Positions 18,320 through 26,751 are shown, numbered from the stretch's first letter. The stretch is DNA of 64,000 nt from Verrucomicrobiia bacterium (GCA_019634625.1 JAHCBA010000002.1:78114-142113), one strand, 5' to 3'. Notes: generated by a model not told the origin, from the letters alone. A program made the numbers and translations.

Positions 18320-20194
18320 ATGAATCGCTACCGGATCTACCCGCCCATTGCCGTAGCACGCGTGGGCGATGCCCCATGCCAGTACTACATCGGACCCGAG
18401 ACCTACCGCGGCCTTCCAATCAATCCCGATGGTCGCCCGTTTACGGAGAAAGACTTCCGCGACCCGGACGGCCGGTTGTGCCGGCAGGCGGCGCGTTTCC
18501 GTATCTTCCGCGATACGGACAAGGGTCCGGAGGAGGTGACACTCAAAACGCCCGATGTCCACAGCATCGAATGGACCGTGCACGTCGCCAACAAGAAGGC
18601 GAGCTGGTACGAGTTCAAAACCAACGCCGGAGAACACGGCTACGCCAGCAATCATCCCCTCCGGAACGCTCACGTGACCGATCGGTCGAGCCTGATCATC
18701 GATCCCGGCCCGCGGAAGATCAGCGGCGCGAAAGCCGGACCGCAGGCATTCGATCGGAAAAGCGTCCCGCCCGAATACCAGGGCGCCACGTTTCCTCCCG
18801 CATTGCTCTATCAATGGCCCGAAGAGACCAAGGAGAACAAGGACACGAAGCCGGTTGAGCATCCGCCCATTTCCATCGACACCCTGGGCGAGTTGCGCAC
18901 CGATGCGGAGGGTCGCCTGATCTTCCTGGGCGGACTGGGCAAGGCCGGATCCAGCCGTTCCGTCCCCGCCATCGCCGAGTACGCCAATAACGACGACTGG
19001 TGGGACGACACCTCGGACGGCCCGCTCCGGGCGGTGGTGACGCTCCACGATGGCACCCGCATCGACGCCGGGACGGCGTGGGTGATCGTGGCTCCGCCCG
19101 CCTACGCGCCACAGATCCCCAACCTCGTCACCCTGTGGGACACGATCTTCGACACCGCCGTCCGCAGCGGACACCACCCGGCTATCTGGTCCGGGGGATT
19201 CTGGTGCCAGGGGCCCGAGGGTTACCGCCCCAACTTTGTCACCGAGATCGCGCCATTGATCGAGCGCGCCACGCTCTACCCCTGGGTCGCCGCCATTCCC
19301 CCGAAGGCCCACCGCTTCGACATGACCCTGCTCGGCCAGGTCCCGGTACCCGGCCAGCCGGACTCGGCGGGCGGCCTGCGGCGATGGATCCTTGGGGTCC
19401 TGCGCCCGCCCAGCGCGGAGAACCAGATCGTCGGCCCGGCGGGCCGCACCATGATGCCGTTCCTGGCCGGTGACAACGCGCTCAACCTGGACTCACTCAC
19501 TTCCAAGTATCTTCGCCTCACGGACACCCAGTACTTCTTCCTCCAGCAGTGGGCCGAAGGTTGGTTCGTCAATGAGCCTGATCGAACCCATGCAGTCGAT
19601 GCATTGACGCGGGCCGTGCTCGACAACTGCGTGGGTGGCGCCTTTTCGCCCGGCATCGAGATGACCTGGATCTCGCGCAACCCGGACATCTACCAGCCCG
19701 ACGACCCGATGCGCATCAATGCGGAACTGCCGGCCGAGGGTCCGCTGCGGCTCACGTTCGATCCCGCCCACATGCAGCCAGGTGATTTGAGCCGGTACAT
19801 GGCCGTGCCCTGGCAGGCGGACTTCAACGAATGCTCGTCGCAACCCATCGACGGCCGGGTCCTGTGGTGGTGGCCGGCTCAGCGACCCGAGTACGTCTAT
19901 CTGGATCCCACTCGACCGCGCCCCCCGCATCCCATGGCGGTGAAGGCGGAACCCGTTCCCACCGAGACGACCGGAGGACAGGTCGCCTGGGTCGGCACCG
20001 ACTTCGACCAGATCCGTTCCGACTATATCAGCTTCGCCGACGACCTTGACATGGTGCGGTACTGGTCCGGTTTGGGATTTGTCATGAAGAAGGAAATACC
20101 GGACCCGGCCAGGGCGCCTTCCGGGAAACACGACAAGGACATACGATACGTCGAGGTGGCGCGCACCCTGCCGCGACCGTTTTTCCCGAAGTAG
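18320..20194 (+). CDS. LodA/GoxA-like quinoprotein amino-acid oxidase (putative cysteine tryptophylquinone enzyme)
   Basis: N-terminus YRIYPPIAVARVGDAP matches the characteristic LodA-like start. PWQADFNECSSQPIDGRVLWWWPAQRP carries candidate CTQ Cys/Trp residues. Followed by a LodB-like flavoprotein. Confidence 0.75.
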   Translation: MNRYRIYPPIAVARVGDAPCQYYIGPETYRGLPINPDGRPFTEKDFRDPDGRLCRQAARFRIFRDTDKGPEEVTLKTPDVHSIEWTVHVANKKASWYEFKTNAGEHGYASNHPLRNAHVTDRSSLIIDPGPRKISGAKAGPQAFDRKSVPPEYQGATFPPALLYQWPEETKENKDTKPVEHPPISIDTLGELRTDAEGRLIFLGGLGKAGSSRSVPAIAEYANNDDWWDDTSDGPLRAVVTLHDGTRIDAGTAWVIVAPPAYAPQIPNLVTLWDTIFDTAVRSGHHPAIWSGGFWCQGPEGYRPNFVTEIAPLIERATLYPWVAAIPPKAHRFDMTLLGQVPVPGQPDSAGGLRRWILGVLRPPSAENQIVGPAGRTMMPFLAGDNALNLDSLTSKYLRLTDTQYFFLQQWAEGWFVNEPDRTHAVDALTRAVLDNCVGGAFSPGIEMTWISRNPDIYQPDDPMRINAELPAEGPLRLTFDPAHMQPGDLSRYMAVPWQADFNECSSQPIDGRVLWWWPAQRPEYVYLDPTRPRPPHPMAVKAEPVPTETTGGQVAWVGTDFDQIRSDYISFADDLDMVRYWSGLGFVMKKEIPDPARAPSGKHDKDIRYVEVARTLPRPFFPK

Positions 20195-20205
20195 CCCGGT
20201 CCACC

Positions 20206-21390
20206 ATGAGCCCGCCGGCGGCTACCGGCCGCGCCCGACTCCTGGACGTGCTGATTGTCGGGGCGGGCCCGGCAGGTTGCGCCACGGCCCTGGCCTTGCT
20301 TCGGGCGGGCGTTCAGGACGTCGCCCTCGTGACGCCGCCCGCTTCAACCGCCTGGCGACTCAGCGAGTCGGCCACGCCCGATGTGCCCGCCCTCCTCGCG
20401 CAATTGGGAGTCCGGATGCCTCCGGGGCACCACCCGTATCTGGGCAACCTCTCGGCCTGGGGAGAACCGATGAGACAGGACGACTTCGTCCGTCGCGGCC
20501 ATCCCCCCGGCTGGTTGGTGGACCGGAAGCGGTTCGACGACCAGTTGCGGGAAGCCACCGTCGCCGCGGGATCAGAACTCCTCCAGCCCTTCCGATTGCG
20601 GGAGGCAGTGCGCATCAGGAACGGCTGGAGCGTGACGTTGCAGCCGGTCGCTTCCACGCGTCCACCGGGCCCGCCTGTCACGCTGCAAACCCGTTTGCTG
20701 GTGGATGCCTCGGGACGCCGCGCCGCTCTCGCGCGAGGCCAGCTCGGGGCCAGACGTCAACGCATCGATGATCAGGTGGCCCTTGCCGCCCGAATTCCGG
20801 GGGCCCGACCGGCACGGATCGACGACTTGCTGGCCGGCCGCGTTCTGGTCGAAGCGGTGCCCTGCGGGTGGTGGTACGCCTCCGCCCCGCCGGATGGCCC
20901 GATGATGCTAAGCCTGATGACCGACATGGATCTGGCCCGGAATCTGCGGACACCCACTGCATGGCGGGAAGCCCTGGACCACACCCAGGTTCTCCAAGCC
21001 CTCGGCGTCCCGCCATCCGACACCGGTCAGGCACCCCCCGCGATCCGGACGTTCGCCGCGCAAAGCGGTTGTCTGGATCGTATCGCCGGGCCCGGCTGGC
21101 TCGCCGTCGGGGACGCCCTGATGAGCCTCGACCCACTCACTTCATCGGGCCTGTCCGGCGCGTTGCGCGATGGCATCGCGGCTGCGTCCGAGGTGTTGCT
21201 GCCCTGGCTCGAAGGCGCCTCACCGGGCACCGCCGGAAGGGCCTGGGGCAGACGTGCCAACCATGTCTGGCAGCGCTTTCTGGTCGAGCGTCGAGCCCGC
21301 TACGCCATGGTGTCCGACTGGCGCACGTCCCGGTACTGGCGGCGACGCCAGAGCGAATACGAGGCCAGTGCATCCCGGATTCTTCGGTAG
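20206..21390 (+). CDS. LodB-like FAD-dependent oxidoreductase (cofactor-maturation flavoprotein)
   Basis: LDVLIVGAGPAGCATALAL is an FAD GxGxxG fold, with a halogenase/monooxygenase-like GD motif in WLAVGDALMSLDPLTSSG. Positioned directly after the LodA-like gene. The last ~7 codons and the stop lie in element B3. Confidence 0.75.
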   Translation: MSPPAATGRARLLDVLIVGAGPAGCATALALLRAGVQDVALVTPPASTAWRLSESATPDVPALLAQLGVRMPPGHHPYLGNLSAWGEPMRQDDFVRRGHPPGWLVDRKRFDDQLREATVAAGSELLQPFRLREAVRIRNGWSVTLQPVASTRPPGPPVTLQTRLLVDASGRRAALARGQLGARRQRIDDQVALAARIPGARPARIDDLLAGRVLVEAVPCGWWYASAPPDGPMMLSLMTDMDLARNLRTPTAWREALDHTQVLQALGVPPSDTGQAPPAIRTFAAQSGCLDRIAGPGWLAVGDALMSLDPLTSSGLSGALRDGIAAASEVLLPWLEGASPGTAGRAWGRRANHVWQRFLVERRARYAMVSDWRTSRYWRRRQSEYEASASRILR

Positions 21391-21492
21391 AGTTGCGAAC
21401 TTCGCGAAGCGTCGCTTCGGAGGGCCGGGTGCCACGAGGCCGCAACCGTGTGGAGCGTTGGGTTGAGGACTCGTGGAACCCGGCCCTCCGAA
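21368..21492 (+). mobile_element. Family-B element, copy B3 (second outer arm missing or degenerate)
   Basis: GTGCATCCCGGATTCTTCGG...GCGAACTTCGCGAAGCG...CTTCGGAGGGCCGGGTGCCACGAGGCCGCAACCGTGTGGAGCGTTGGGTTGAGGACTCGTGGAACCCGGCCCTCCGAAG. Confidence 0.6.
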
Positions 21493-21652
21493 GTAAAGCG
21501 GAGAGGTGGGATCGGATGGACCGTTGGGTGTACACGCTTCAGCGTGAGCCTCCCAAATCCGCCCCGACACGCCAAAGCGTCTGACGTTTGGCCATTTGAC
21601 TGGCGAACCGGCGGGCCCCAAAGCGGCCCATCGGTTGACGCAGGGAAATCAG

Positions 21653-21748
21653 GCTCGACCGTCCCGCCTCCCGCCACACCACCACCCGAAGACTCGTTCA
21701 GCTCCCCCGGCGAAGTTCCCTTGCGAATGCCCGGGTTCCTTCACCCCC
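21653..21748 (+). repeat. Family-C intergenic repeat, copy C2
   Basis: GCTCGACCGTCCCGCCTCCCGCCACACCACCACCCGAAGAC...TCCCCCGGCGAAGTTCCCTT...CTTCACCCCCC. Followed by a small GCGTCTTC tandem at ~21758-21777. Confidence 0.6.
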
Positions 21749-21965
21749 CGCTTCCTTTGCGTCTTCGCGTCTTCGCGTGAGCACCAGGCGTCGCGTTGCA
21801 CCCTTCGATGAAACCGCCTCGCCGCATCCTCACGCCACGACCCAAAGACGCCAGGAATGCGCCGCCGCGCCGTAAGCCAAGGGCATCGCGGGATTGAGTT
21901 CCGCGTGCCGCCGTTCAAGCTCTTCCCGGCTGGCAGGCATCGCCCATCGCCCATCGCCCATCGTC

Positions 21966-22286
21966 ATGCGCCCCTTGGATCTACAGGTTGTCGGCAACGA
22001 ACTGGCCATCCGCTGGGAGGATGGCACGGAGAGCTTCATCCCCCTGGAAACCCTGCGCCGCCACTGCCCGTGTGCGAGCTGCGGCGGGGAACGCGACATC
22101 TTCGGCAACGTCTATCGCGGTCCCGAGCGACCCCTGACCCCGGCCGGGATGACCCTCGTCCGCCTGGAACCAGTGGGCGGCTACGCCGTGCAGCCGATCT
22201 GGGGCGACGGCCACAACACCGGCCTGTTCAGCTACGAGTACCTCCGTCGCCTGGGCGCCATGGCGTCATCGGGGTCAGATCTCTGA
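21966..22286 (+). CDS. DUF971 (gamma-butyrobetaine hydroxylase-like N-terminal domain) protein
   Basis: Internal ATG of ORF 21894. LAIRWEDGTESFIPLETLRRHCPCASCGGE and YAVQPIWGDGHNTGLFSYEYLR are typical DUF971 blocks. The last 5 codons and the stop come from element A1. Confidence 0.8.
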   Translation: MRPLDLQVVGNELAIRWEDGTESFIPLETLRRHCPCASCGGERDIFGNVYRGPERPLTPAGMTLVRLEPVGGYAVQPIWGDGHNTGLFSYEYLRRLGAMASSGSDL

Positions 22287-22351
22287 ATTTGACAATCTTG
22301 CCCCGCAGGGCGCGGTGCGACGGCCAATGTCAAAATCAGGGATCTGACCCC
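22271..22351. repeat. Family-A ~82-bp palindromic element, copy A1
   Basis: Left arm GGGGTCAGATCTCTGAATTTGACA, right arm TGTCAAAATCAGGGATCTGACCCC, core ..CCCCGCAGGGCGCGGTGCGACGGCC.. Confidence 0.85.
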
Positions 22352-22424
22352 GGGAGGCTTTCGTCCTTCCGCCGCAGCGACCCGCCATGCTAGCGTTGTT
22401 AGCACAACGGAGGACGCCATCGCC

Positions 22425-22661
22425 ATGCCACAGCTTCTGGTCAGACAGATTGAGGAGAAGGTCGTTCGAAAGCTCAAGGAGCGGGCCGGAAGGCATGGGG
22501 TCTCGATGGAGGAGGAGCACCGCCGAATCCTGCGCGAGGCCCTGCTCGGCTCGTCGGTGAAGGGCCGGTCGTTCAAGGACCACCTGCTCGCCATGCCCAA
22601 CGTGGGGGATGACGAGGACTTTTCCCGCGGGCCCCAGATCGAGCGGCCCGTTGAGCTATGA
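22425..22661 (+). CDS. FitA/VapB-type (RHH, plasmid-stability-like) antitoxin
   Basis: MPQLLVRQIEEKVVRKLKERAGRHGVSMEEEHRRILREAL is the Arc/RHH-like antitoxin pattern. There is a 4-nt overlap with the PIN gene. Confidence 0.8.
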   Translation: MPQLLVRQIEEKVVRKLKERAGRHGVSMEEEHRRILREALLGSSVKGRSFKDHLLAMPNVGDDEDFSRGPQIERPVEL

Positions 22662-23092
22662 GCGGCTTTCTGCTTGATACGAACCTCCTGAGCGAACTGC
22701 GCAAGGAGCAGCGTTGCGATGCGGGAGTGCGTCGATGGGTCGAAGGCACCTCCGCCGAAGCGATGTTTGTCAGTGTCGTGGTGCTCGGCGAGATCAGGCG
22801 GGGGGTCGAGCGAATCCGCCTGCGCGACCTCAAGCAGGCTCGGGCATTGGAGAAGTGGCTTCATGGCATCCCCACGGTGTTTTCGGACCGCGTGTTGCAC
22901 GTGGACGAGCGCGTCGCGGACCAGTGGGGACGCCTCGGCTCGCGCCAACCTGTACCGCCCGTCGACGCACTGTTGGCTGCGACGGCCCTGGTTCACGATC
23001 TGACGGTCGTCACCCGGGATGCGGATGGTTTTCGCAACACCGGGGCACGGGTGCTGAATCCGTTCACGTCAGGCTCAGATCTCCGAATTTGA
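22658..23092 (+). CDS. vapC: PIN-domain toxin (VapC/FitB type)
   Basis: FLLDTNLLSELRK, VVLGEIRRGV and DALLAATALVHDLTVVTRDADGF. The C-terminal SGSDLRI and the stop are encoded by element A2. Confidence 0.85.
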   Translation: MSGFLLDTNLLSELRKEQRCDAGVRRWVEGTSAEAMFVSVVVLGEIRRGVERIRLRDLKQARALEKWLHGIPTVFSDRVLHVDERVADQWGRLGSRQPVPPVDALLAATALVHDLTVVTRDADGFRNTGARVLNPFTSGSDLRI

Positions 23093-23152
23093 CCATCGGG
23101 ACCCGCAGGGCGCGGCGGGACGGCGAAATGTCAAATTCAGAGACTTGACCCC
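23071..23152. repeat. Family-A palindromic element, copy A2
   Basis: AGGCTCAGATCTCCGAATTTGACC ... core CCCGCAGGGCGCGGCGGGACGGCG ... TGTCAAATTCAGAGACTTGACCCC. Confidence 0.85.
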
Positions 23153-23205
23153 GAGAGGGGAAGATTTGTCCGGTTTGGCGCGCGACCGGCAGTATTCCGG
23201 GCGAG

Positions 23206-24834
23206 ATGGATACCGTGGTCGTTGACCAGGAATTGGTGGACTCCTATGTGCGGAACGGTTCGGAAGAGGCGTTTCGGGCATTGGTCACACGGCACGTGAA
23301 TCTTGTCTATGCGGCTGCCCTGCGGCAGGTCGGGGATTCGAATCTGGCGGAGGAGATCGTCCAGAATGTCTTTGTCGCCCTGGCGCGCAAGGCTCCCCGC
23401 CTGGTGGGGCATGCGACATTGGCGGGGTGGTTGCACCGGACCGCAATCCTCGAGGCGAAGGCAGTCATTCGTGCGGAGTTGCGTCGACGTCGGCGGGAGG
23501 AGGCGGCGGTTCGGTTGGCATCGGTTGTTCCCCAGGCCGGCGATCCGGCCGATCCGGACCTGGTTCCGTTACTGGACGAGGCATTGTTGCACCTTCGGGA
23601 GAACGACCGGTTGGCGGTGGTGTTGCGGTACCTGGAGAAGAGGAGCCTTCGGGAAGTGGGGGCCGTTCTGGGTGTGGACGAAGACGCCGCCCGAAAGCGG
23701 GTGTCCCGGGCCCTTGAGCGGCTGAGCACGTATTTTCGGTCGCAGGGATGGGCGGTGCCTGTGGCGAAGAGTGTTGCGGTCCTGGGTCAGGCGTCGGTGC
23801 AGGCCGCGCCAGCCGAATTGGCGGTGGCCGCCACCACTGCAGGTCTTTCTGCGGGAAACGTGGCGGGCGGACTGAACCTGTTTCTACTCAATCTGATGAA
23901 CCTTCCAAAAATCCCGGTGATGGTCGGATGTGGGCTTCTTGTGGTGGTTCCGTGGGTGTGGCAGGAGCGCTCCTTGGCCGCACTCGAAGGGGCGGAGCAG
24001 CGGTGGTTGACGGAACAACGCACGTTGGCGAGCCAGTGGAACGCGGTGACAGGGGAAAGCCGGCAGTTGCGTGCCGCCATTGACAGGGAGCGACGCCACC
24101 TGCAAGAGGCCGAGTTCAGGGTGTCCGAGATGCATGGGCATCTCGCCTCTCTGGCGCCTGCCGAACCTTACCGCTGGGACGATACCTCCCCGCTGGCCCG
24201 GGTGCCCAAGGACCTGGTGCGCCGGATGGGTGTGGATGCGCTGGCGAACCTGCGGGGTGACCTCTCGCACGACATGATGGCAGTCCTTCAGTTCACTCCC
24301 GGGGAAGCAACGGCCATTCAGGAGGCGGTGCATCAGTTTCTGGCCGGTTATCACCAGGCTTTGGCGACCTCGACCCGTCCGGTGGATCCGTCGGCGGAGG
24401 AAACCGCTTGGGGTGGGGCGACCGGCGTTCGGGTGTTTGAAGTGGACGATGTGGGGGACGCGATACGGGTTCTGCGAGGCCGCCTGATGGACGAATTGAA
24501 GTTCGTCCTGGATGAAGAGCGTTATGAACTCCTGCTTCATGGCCTGGAAAATCGGATTCCCGTCGATGACGAGGATCGCGGAGTGAACTCGGGCATGCTG
24601 GTCCTTCCAGGGAAGCATCGGGTGCGGGTGGCGCCGGTGGATGGATGGGATCCGGAGCATCCCATCCTTCGGTGGGGGCACTCGGGCTTGCAGTACACCA
24701 TGTCGGGAATCCGCCATGTCGAGGATGTTCCCGACTCTTTCAGATCTCACCTTCAGGATTGGATCGATGCGGCACGTCTCGGACCGCACGCGCCAGGAAC
24801 CCCATCGGTGCAGGCGGTGCCCCCAGGGGAATGA
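23206..24834 (+). CDS. ECF-type sigma-70 factor fused to a TM helix and a ~300-aa C-terminal domain
   Basis: Region 2 is FRALVTRHVNLVYAAALRQVGDSNLAEEIVQNVFVAL. Region 4 is NDRLAVVLRYLEKRSLREVGAVLGVDEDAARKRVSRALERL. A TM segment VMVGCGLLVVVPWVW follows, then coiled-coil and globular parts. Confidence 0.85.
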   Translation: MDTVVVDQELVDSYVRNGSEEAFRALVTRHVNLVYAAALRQVGDSNLAEEIVQNVFVALARKAPRLVGHATLAGWLHRTAILEAKAVIRAELRRRRREEAAVRLASVVPQAGDPADPDLVPLLDEALLHLRENDRLAVVLRYLEKRSLREVGAVLGVDEDAARKRVSRALERLSTYFRSQGWAVPVAKSVAVLGQASVQAAPAELAVAATTAGLSAGNVAGGLNLFLLNLMNLPKIPVMVGCGLLVVVPWVWQERSLAALEGAEQRWLTEQRTLASQWNAVTGESRQLRAAIDRERRHLQEAEFRVSEMHGHLASLAPAEPYRWDDTSPLARVPKDLVRRMGVDALANLRGDLSHDMMAVLQFTPGEATAIQEAVHQFLAGYHQALATSTRPVDPSAEETAWGGATGVRVFEVDDVGDAIRVLRGRLMDELKFVLDEERYELLLHGLENRIPVDDEDRGVNSGMLVLPGKHRVRVAPVDGWDPEHPILRWGHSGLQYTMSGIRHVEDVPDSFRSHLQDWIDAARLGPHAPGTPSVQAVPPGE

Positions 24835-24870
24835 GCGGTCGAGCCACGCCTTCCCGACAATACTCCGGTC

Positions 24871-25755
24871 ATGAAGCCCAACCCGTATCTCCTCGGAGCA
24901 ATTCTGCTGCTGGGGGTGTGGGGACTGATTCGTTGCTGGCGGGTCGCCGAAGCGCGAGAAAGGTGGGAGCAATCCAACCGGCCTCGGGAAGAGCAGCTTG
25001 CGGCAACGCGAAGCGGTTTGGCGGAGGAGAAGGAACGGCTCGAGATTCTGCGTCGGGAATACTCGGAGGTTCGTCAGGCTCGGCAGTACGTGACGGCCAG
25101 AGCGGCAGGACTCGCGGGAGCGATGCATGAGACTGTCCAGGCGACGACATGGAACCAGGCTCCCGCACAATGGCCGGCCTGGGAACCGGACTCACCCTTC
25201 ATCTGGTTGTCGAAGGACACCCTGGCCCGCCTGCATCCGAGCGGTTTGAACCCCGACGGATCCCTGCATCCCGATGTGGCGGCCGTGATGACCTTGGCGC
25301 CGGAGCGTTTGGAATCGTTGAACCGGACGTTGAAGGGTCTCATGCAGGAATTCCGGGCGGCCAAGGCGGCTCGATCGCATCCCATCGAGGAACATCCGGA
25401 CAAGCATCTCGATCAGCCCGGGCGCAAATGGACGATTCAGGTGGAGCCCATGGGGGAACTGGGCCAGACACTCCAGCAGCAGTTTCGGGACGCGCTCCAG
25501 GCGCATCTCGGGGAGCAAAGGATGGGAATCCTTCTGGAAGCCTCCGAAGGCTGGCTAAGTCAGCATTTCGACGCGACGGCGACGGAGCCCCTGCTCATCT
25601 CGGTATTGAGAACCGAGGAGGGCCAGACTTCCGTGGTGTTTCGCCGGGGCACCAGTCACCACAGCGTGTGGGGCGACATCGCGTTGGGAGATTACATTCC
25701 CGCCCACATCCTCCCGTTGTTCGATCCGATCCTGAACCCGGACTCCTCCGAGTGA
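24871..25755 (+). CDS. Membrane-anchored hypothetical protein, paralogous to the C-terminal domain of the upstream sigma factor
   Basis: N-terminal TM helix LLGAILLLGVWGLI, then coiled coil. WEPDSPFIWLSKDTLARL...DVAAVMTLAPERLESL parallels WDDTSPLARVPKDLVRRM...DMMAVLQFTPGEATAI in 23206..24834. Confidence 0.65.
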   Translation: MKPNPYLLGAILLLGVWGLIRCWRVAEARERWEQSNRPREEQLAATRSGLAEEKERLEILRREYSEVRQARQYVTARAAGLAGAMHETVQATTWNQAPAQWPAWEPDSPFIWLSKDTLARLHPSGLNPDGSLHPDVAAVMTLAPERLESLNRTLKGLMQEFRAAKAARSHPIEEHPDKHLDQPGRKWTIQVEPMGELGQTLQQQFRDALQAHLGEQRMGILLEASEGWLSQHFDATATEPLLISVLRTEEGQTSVVFRRGTSHHSVWGDIALGDYIPAHILPLFDPILNPDSSE

Positions 25756-25831
25756 TTCTGCAGGCGCAGGCCAAGCCCCTGAATCCGTATCCGCGTCCCC
25801 GCGGCTCTGGCAGCGCGCATGTCCAGCTCCG

Positions 25832-25983
25832 GTGCATCCCGGAGTCGTGGTTGAGGAGGCAGCGAATTGGAGGGACGAACTCCGCGAGTTCTGACCCCAA
25901 CGCTCCCCACCGTTGCGGCCTCGTGGAACTCGGCGCTCCCCGCCGACGCTTCAAGAAGCCGGCACCTCTCCCCAAGTATCCAC
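25832..25983 (-). mobile_element. Family-B element, full copy B4 (inverted orientation)
   Basis: By eye it aligns end to end with the reverse complement of B5: GTGCATCCCGGAGTCGTGGTTGAGGAGGCAGCGAATTGGAGGGACGAACTCCGCGAG...GCGGCCTCGTGGAACTCGGCGCTCC...CACCTCTCCCCAAGTATCCAC. Confidence 0.7.
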
Positions 25984-26041
25984 TGAAAATGACGCCCTTT
26001 TGATGATGCCTTGACATCATTATTAGGTGATGCACGGTGGC

Positions 26042-26308
26042 ATGGTGCGTACCACCCTCACCCTCGATCCGGAAGTCGCCGACCGGTTGAAGCAGGAAGC
26101 CGCCTTGGGAAAGCGCTCTTTCAAGGTCATCGTCAATGAAGCGCTGCGAAAGGGGCTGGGCATGGAGGCGCCGCGGCGCGCGCCTCGATTCCGCGTCCAG
26201 CCCCACTCCTCCCGCCTGCAACCCGGCGTGGATCCGACCCGCCTGAATCAACTCGTGGATGAACTCGATGTGGAGGCCTTCGTGGCGAAGCAAGGACCCC
26301 GGACATGA
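26042..26308 (+). CDS. RHH/CopG-like antitoxin of a VapBC pair
   Basis: MVRTTLTLDPEVADRLKQEAALGKRSFKVIVNEALRKGL. The ORF-track start is 26027 and I prefer the ATG at 26042. ATGA-type overlap with the PIN gene. Confidence 0.75.
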   Translation: MVRTTLTLDPEVADRLKQEAALGKRSFKVIVNEALRKGLGMEAPRRAPRFRVQPHSSRLQPGVDPTRLNQLVDELDVEAFVAKQGPRT

Positions 26309-26742
26309 TCATTCCCGACGTCAATCTCCTCATCTACGCGTACAACGATCAGGCTCCGCAACACCTGCCGGCGAAGGAATGGTGGGAGAATCTGCTGAAC
26401 GGTCAGAGGCCGGTCGGGCTCCCTTGGATCACCATCAGCGGTTTCATCCGGCTCATCACTCATCCCCGAATCCTGGTTACCCCCCTTGATGTTCCGTCCA
26501 CCGTCCGCCACGTACGCGCGTGGCTGGCCCAACCCCCGGTCCGGGTCGTGTACCCCGGCTCCCGTTTCGAGCGACTATTCATGGACTATCTGATCCAGCT
26601 CGGAACGGCCGCCAATCTGACAACCGACGCCCAACTCGCCGCGCTTGCCGTGGAACATCAGGCCGAACTGCACAGCTCCGACCATGATTTCGCGCGATTC
26701 GACGGTCTTCGTTGGCTGAACCCATTGAAGGCCGGGGCCTGA
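26305..26742 (+). CDS. vapC: PIN-domain toxin (VapC family)
   Basis: MIIPDVNLLIYAYN (PIN Asp), ISGFIRLITHP, TTDAQLAALAVEHQAELHSSDHDFARF. Confidence 0.85.
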   Translation: MIIPDVNLLIYAYNDQAPQHLPAKEWWENLLNGQRPVGLPWITISGFIRLITHPRILVTPLDVPSTVRHVRAWLAQPPVRVVYPGSRFERLFMDYLIQLGTAANLTTDAQLAALAVEHQAELHSSDHDFARFDGLRWLNPLKAGA

Positions 26743-26751
26743 CTGATCATC

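Noticed and set aside
22271-22351. Family-A elements as integron attC sites, with the TA pairs as integron cassettes.
   Set aside because: The arms lack the RYYYAAC/GTTRRRY core sites. No intI-like tyrosine recombinase or attI lies in the window, and neighbouring genes are not a uniform cassette array. I kept this only as a loose analogy.
26001-26025. TGATGATG..CATCATTA near-palindrome and a TTGACA hexamer upstream of the second VapB, as a defined promoter/operator.
   Set aside because: This is plausible as an autoregulatory site. However, I could not place a convincing -10 at proper spacing, so it is not listed as a feature.
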